A stretch of DNA of 37,219 nucleotides from Chloroflexia bacterium (GTDB lineage Bacteria; Chloroflexota; Chloroflexia; QHBQ01; JADMIH01): assembly GCA_038246925.1 (NCBI GenBank), contig JBBRVL010000003.1:1-37219 (forward strand). Direction: 5' to 3'. Below, in pieces: positions 34,540-37,219 of this stretch. A program made the position numbers and the translations under genes. The notes under the pieces were generated by a model, which did no database searches, was not told the origin of the DNA, and saw only the letters and a program-made list of their open reading frames with translations. Positions within the stretch are counted from its first letter, which is position 1; every line of letters begins with the position of its first letter.

Positions 34540-36198
34540 TCAAAAGACGTGCCCTGCTTCCACTTTGGAGGCGGGGTTTCGTCTTAACCACAGGGCGAAT
34601 GCCGCGGCAACAAGGCAGATAATCCCGGCTATCAGGAAGCCGCCTGTGTAAACCTCCAGAGAGACGGCCTTATAAATAGCTGTGTATTCGGACTGGCGGG
34701 CGGCGAATGCTTCGGCGGTCTCCCCTGGATTAGCAAATATAACCGCCGGGTGATCTGCCATCCTCGATTGGAAATGGCGCAGACCAATGACCGTGAGCGC
34801 CGACAGGCTCAGCATCATCCCGACCATGCGGGACAGGTTGACCGAAGCCGCCGAAAGCGCGGCGTGACCGCGCCCGGCCCATTGGAGTGCGGTAGTTGTC
34901 ACGGGCGAAAGGAGCAGGCCAAACCCGGTCCCATTCAGCGCGAGGCCGAGCCAGGTCTGTGGGTAATCAGCAGATTCAGTGGTCCAGCCCGTCATCAGCC
35001 AGAATCCGGCGGTCGTCACGAGCAGTCCGGCTAGCGCAATCCACCTGTAAGGCAGACGCGTGCCAAGCAGCCCGCCCGCAACCGCCCCTACAGGGATGAA
35101 GGCCGTCATTCGCAGAAGCATCAGCCCGCCTTGCTCGGTAGTGCCGTCGAGCACGCTGACGACATAGAGTGGGGTGTTTATCATCGTGATAATCAGCGCC
35201 GCGCCAACAAGGAGATTCGTCAGGTTGGCGGCGACGAAGGGCCAGTTGCGCCTGGTAAAGAGGTCAGGTGGGAAAAGCGGGTCGCTTGTACGCCGCTGCC
35301 ACCAGACAAACGCCACGAAAAGGAGCAGGGAGAGTCCAAATAGCCCGATGCTCAAAGGCGTGAATAGATTATCTCCGCCTGGGCTGTTGGCGGCAGGTTG
35401 GGTATCGAGGCCAGCCCATGCGCCCACCGAGCCTGGGGTCGATAAGGCCAGCGACAAGGCAAAGAGCGCACCCCCCAGGAGGACTGCACCCGGCCAGTCG
35501 ATTTTGCCGGGATAGCGGGGCAAGGCCGGTGTACGCAGCATGAGGGCACCAAACAGGATGCCTAACGGCACATTCACCCAGAATATCCACCGCCATCCCA
35601 CGATGTCGAGGAACCCGCCCATCTTCATCACCATCGCACCCCAGAGTGGTCCGATCACCGCCCCTGCCTCAGCCACGGCTCCCAGCATGCCCAGCATGAA
35701 TGGGATGCGCCTGTCGGTGAAGAGGTGGCTCACCATCGCCATGCCGACCGGGAGGACGGCCCCACCACCTATAGCCTGTACGAAGCGCGCGCCGATCAGC
35801 CATTCCAGAGAGGGTGAAAGCGCGCAGAGGACCGATCCAATCGTGAAGATGGCGAGAGCCGCAAGGAATATCTTACGCTGGCCGTAGACATCAGCCACCC
35901 GGCCCATGAGGGGCAGCGCAACCGTGTAACCGAGGAGGTAGGCCGTCACCACCCATGCCGCTCTGTCCAGTTCGGTTACGGGGATCTGCAAATCGGTGGA
36001 GATGGGCCAGAGCGCGGTAACTACAACCGTCTGGTCCAGCGCGGTGAGGAAAATGCCCAGAGCCGCGACCACAATTGGGAAGATTTCATTTTGGATTTTA
36101 GATTTTGGATTTTGGATTTCGGGCACCCGCTTGCGGGTGTTTGGATCTTGGATTGTTGAGCGTAATCCAAAATCCAAAATCCAAAATCTAAAATTCAT
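34540..36198 (-). CDS. MFS transporter, 14-TM DHA2 type
   Basis: FLTALDQTVV, WVVTAYLLGY, GRVADVYGQRK, ARFVQAIGGG, WRWIFWVNVP, IDWPG. ATG 36198 is 7 nt after the upstream stop with GAGGAG nearby; the first 37 aa or so are repeat-derived. Confidence 0.93.
   Translation of the reverse strand: MNFRFWILDFGLRSTIQDPNTRKRVPEIQNPKSKIQNEIFPIVVAALGIFLTALDQTVVVTALWPISTDLQIPVTELDRAAWVVTAYLLGYTVALPLMGRVADVYGQRKIFLAALAIFTIGSVLCALSPSLEWLIGARFVQAIGGGAVLPVGMAMVSHLFTDRRIPFMLGMLGAVAEAGAVIGPLWGAMVMKMGGFLDIVGWRWIFWVNVPLGILFGALMLRTPALPRYPGKIDWPGAVLLGGALFALSLALSTPGSVGAWAGLDTQPAANSPGGDNLFTPLSIGLFGLSLLLFVAFVWWQRRTSDPLFPPDLFTRRNWPFVAANLTNLLVGAALIITMINTPLYVVSVLDGTTEQGGLMLLRMTAFIPVGAVAGGLLGTRLPYRWIALAGLLVTTAGFWLMTGWTTESADYPQTWLGLALNGTGFGLLLSPVTTTALQWAGRGHAALSAASVNLSRMVGMMLSLSALTVIGLRHFQSRMADHPAVIFANPGETAEAFAARQSEYTAIYKAVSLEVYTGGFLIAGIICLVAAAFALWLRRNPASKVEAGHVF
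36088..36198. repeat. Composite element: inverted (ATTTTGG)n/(AATCCAA)n heptamer arrays around a CACCCGCTTGCGGGTG palindrome
   Basis: Read directly; encodes MNFRFWILDFGLRSTIQDPNTRKRVPEIQNPKSKIQN of the MFS protein. Confidence 0.9.
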
Positions 36199-36205
36199 CC
36201 AGTCC

Positions 36206-37219
36206 TTACTCCTCGTCTTGCCTGGTTTTGTCTTTCTTGCGGAAGATGCGATTGCTGAGGTAATCGCCCATCATGCTGCGGAAAGGGGAAGCATTGCCAA
36301 TAGCTTCGCGTATATCAGCCCGGCGTGCGATCTCTGCTTTGTCAATGCCCTTGTTTTGTAGCACCCAATCCTCTCGTGCGTTACGCGCTCCGGTTATTGT
36401 CGACAGAATGGCCGCGCGGTCGTCGCGTGAGATGAGGTCGCGCATTTCAGCCAGTGCTAGCTGGTACTGGTCGATCCAGCGTAAAAGGGATTGACGATTG
36501 CCCAGCAGAGCATCGGTGAGAACAGCAGGATCGGCGGCTGCGGCCCCTGTGACGATCTTGAAGTACCCCTGAGCCAGACCGCCCATATCGGACCAGGTCG
36601 GGCTTTTGGTAGTCATTCGCAGGAGGGCGCTGCTTGCTACTATGGGCAGGTGACTGACCGCCGCCAGGAACGAGTCGTGCTCCTGGGGGTCTATAAAGAG
36701 AGGGTTTGCGCCCAGAGTTTCAACGAACCCGATTACGCCTGCGAAGGCGGCATCGGTTGTGGTTCGTAACGGCATGAGGCAGTAAGGAGCGTTGCGGAAC
36801 AGGTCGGCGCTTGGTACTGCGTCCTCCGGGGGAGTTTCGAGGTCCACCAACCTGGAAAAAGGGTGGCCGGAGACGAAGCTGTTGCTCGGGCCAAGAACCT
36901 CTCCCGCCCAGGCCATGACTTGTTCTTTGTAGGGGAGAGTATCTGTTACGGTCGTGCCCTCGTCGAGCAGGGGGCCGATTGCATCGAGCACTTCACGCGC
37001 CGCAGAAGCGGGGGTAGATATGACCACAAGTTGAGCGCCGCTTACCGCCCGTTCGAGATTGGGAGCTATAGAGTTGACGCTGAAGTACTTGCGCAGGGCC
37101 GTTTCTTCCTGCGAGCGATCAGGGTCGAAGCCTACAACTTCAATAACCCCCGCTGCACGCTCATGCCCACCCGCCGTCGCCTGTCTGAGCGCCATGCCGA
37201 TAGAATTGCCGATAAGGCC
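36206..37219 (-). CDS. tyrA: Prephenate/arogenate dehydrogenase (TyrA) family protein, 5' end outside the window
   Basis: The frame stays open to the window edge, giving GLIGNSIGMAL (Rossmann); FVSGHP, EHDSFLAAVSHLP. Some usual TyrA residues look substituted. Confidence 0.8.
   Translation of the reverse strand, partial: GLIGNSIGMALRQATAGGHERAAGVIEVVGFDPDRSQEETALRKYFSVNSIAPNLERAVSGAQLVVISTPASAAREVLDAIGPLLDEGTTVTDTLPYKEQVMAWAGEVLGPSNSFVSGHPFSRLVDLETPPEDAVPSADLFRNAPYCLMPLRTTTDAAFAGVIGFVETLGANPLFIDPQEHDSFLAAVSHLPIVASSALLRMTTKSPTWSDMGGLAQGYFKIVTGAAAADPAVLTDALLGNRQSLLRWIDQYQLALAEMRDLISRDDRAAILSTITGARNAREDWVLQNKGIDKAEIARRADIREAIGNASPFRSMMGDYLSNRIFRKKDKTRQDEE

Overview
Bacterial chromosomal window, most likely Chloroflexota/Chloroflexia. 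This is an inference from the Cys-loop SLH domains, GT39-PA14-NHL architecture, Pro/Thr-rich surface proteins and repeat families. It holds about 27 protein genes and one tRNA-Ser(TGA). Housekeeping and metabolic genes: ispH, lepB, a TrmH-family methyltransferase, a TyrA-family dehydrogenase (partial), a trans-3-hydroxyproline dehydratase/Pyr2C reductase pair, two DUF881 genes, an MFS transporter and an ANKH/MATE-like transporter. Cell-envelope genes: an ECF sigma with a putative anti-sigma carrying a beta-propeller and SLH domains, a PQQ sugar-dehydrogenase-SLH protein, a GT39 glycosyltransferase, a membrane-anchored clan-A glycoside hydrolase, an orphan TadE-TadE-TadG cassette and a tandem pair of secreted paralogs. 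Most unusual observations: (1) a low-GC SEFIR/TIR-SLH fusion with no export signal; (2) an MsrQ-like + internal twin-arginine + Rieske fusion broken by a 7-bp tandem duplication; (3) a 28-bp/33-bp/28-bp repeat-spacer-repeat unit frameshifting a DUF881 gene; (4) at least seven unrelated period-7 tandem arrays at gene ends, some translated; (5) a palindromic repeat translated into the N-termini of two unrelated proteins. No integrase, transposase, cas gene or true CRISPR array was seen. All family assignments are by motif recognition, not by database search.
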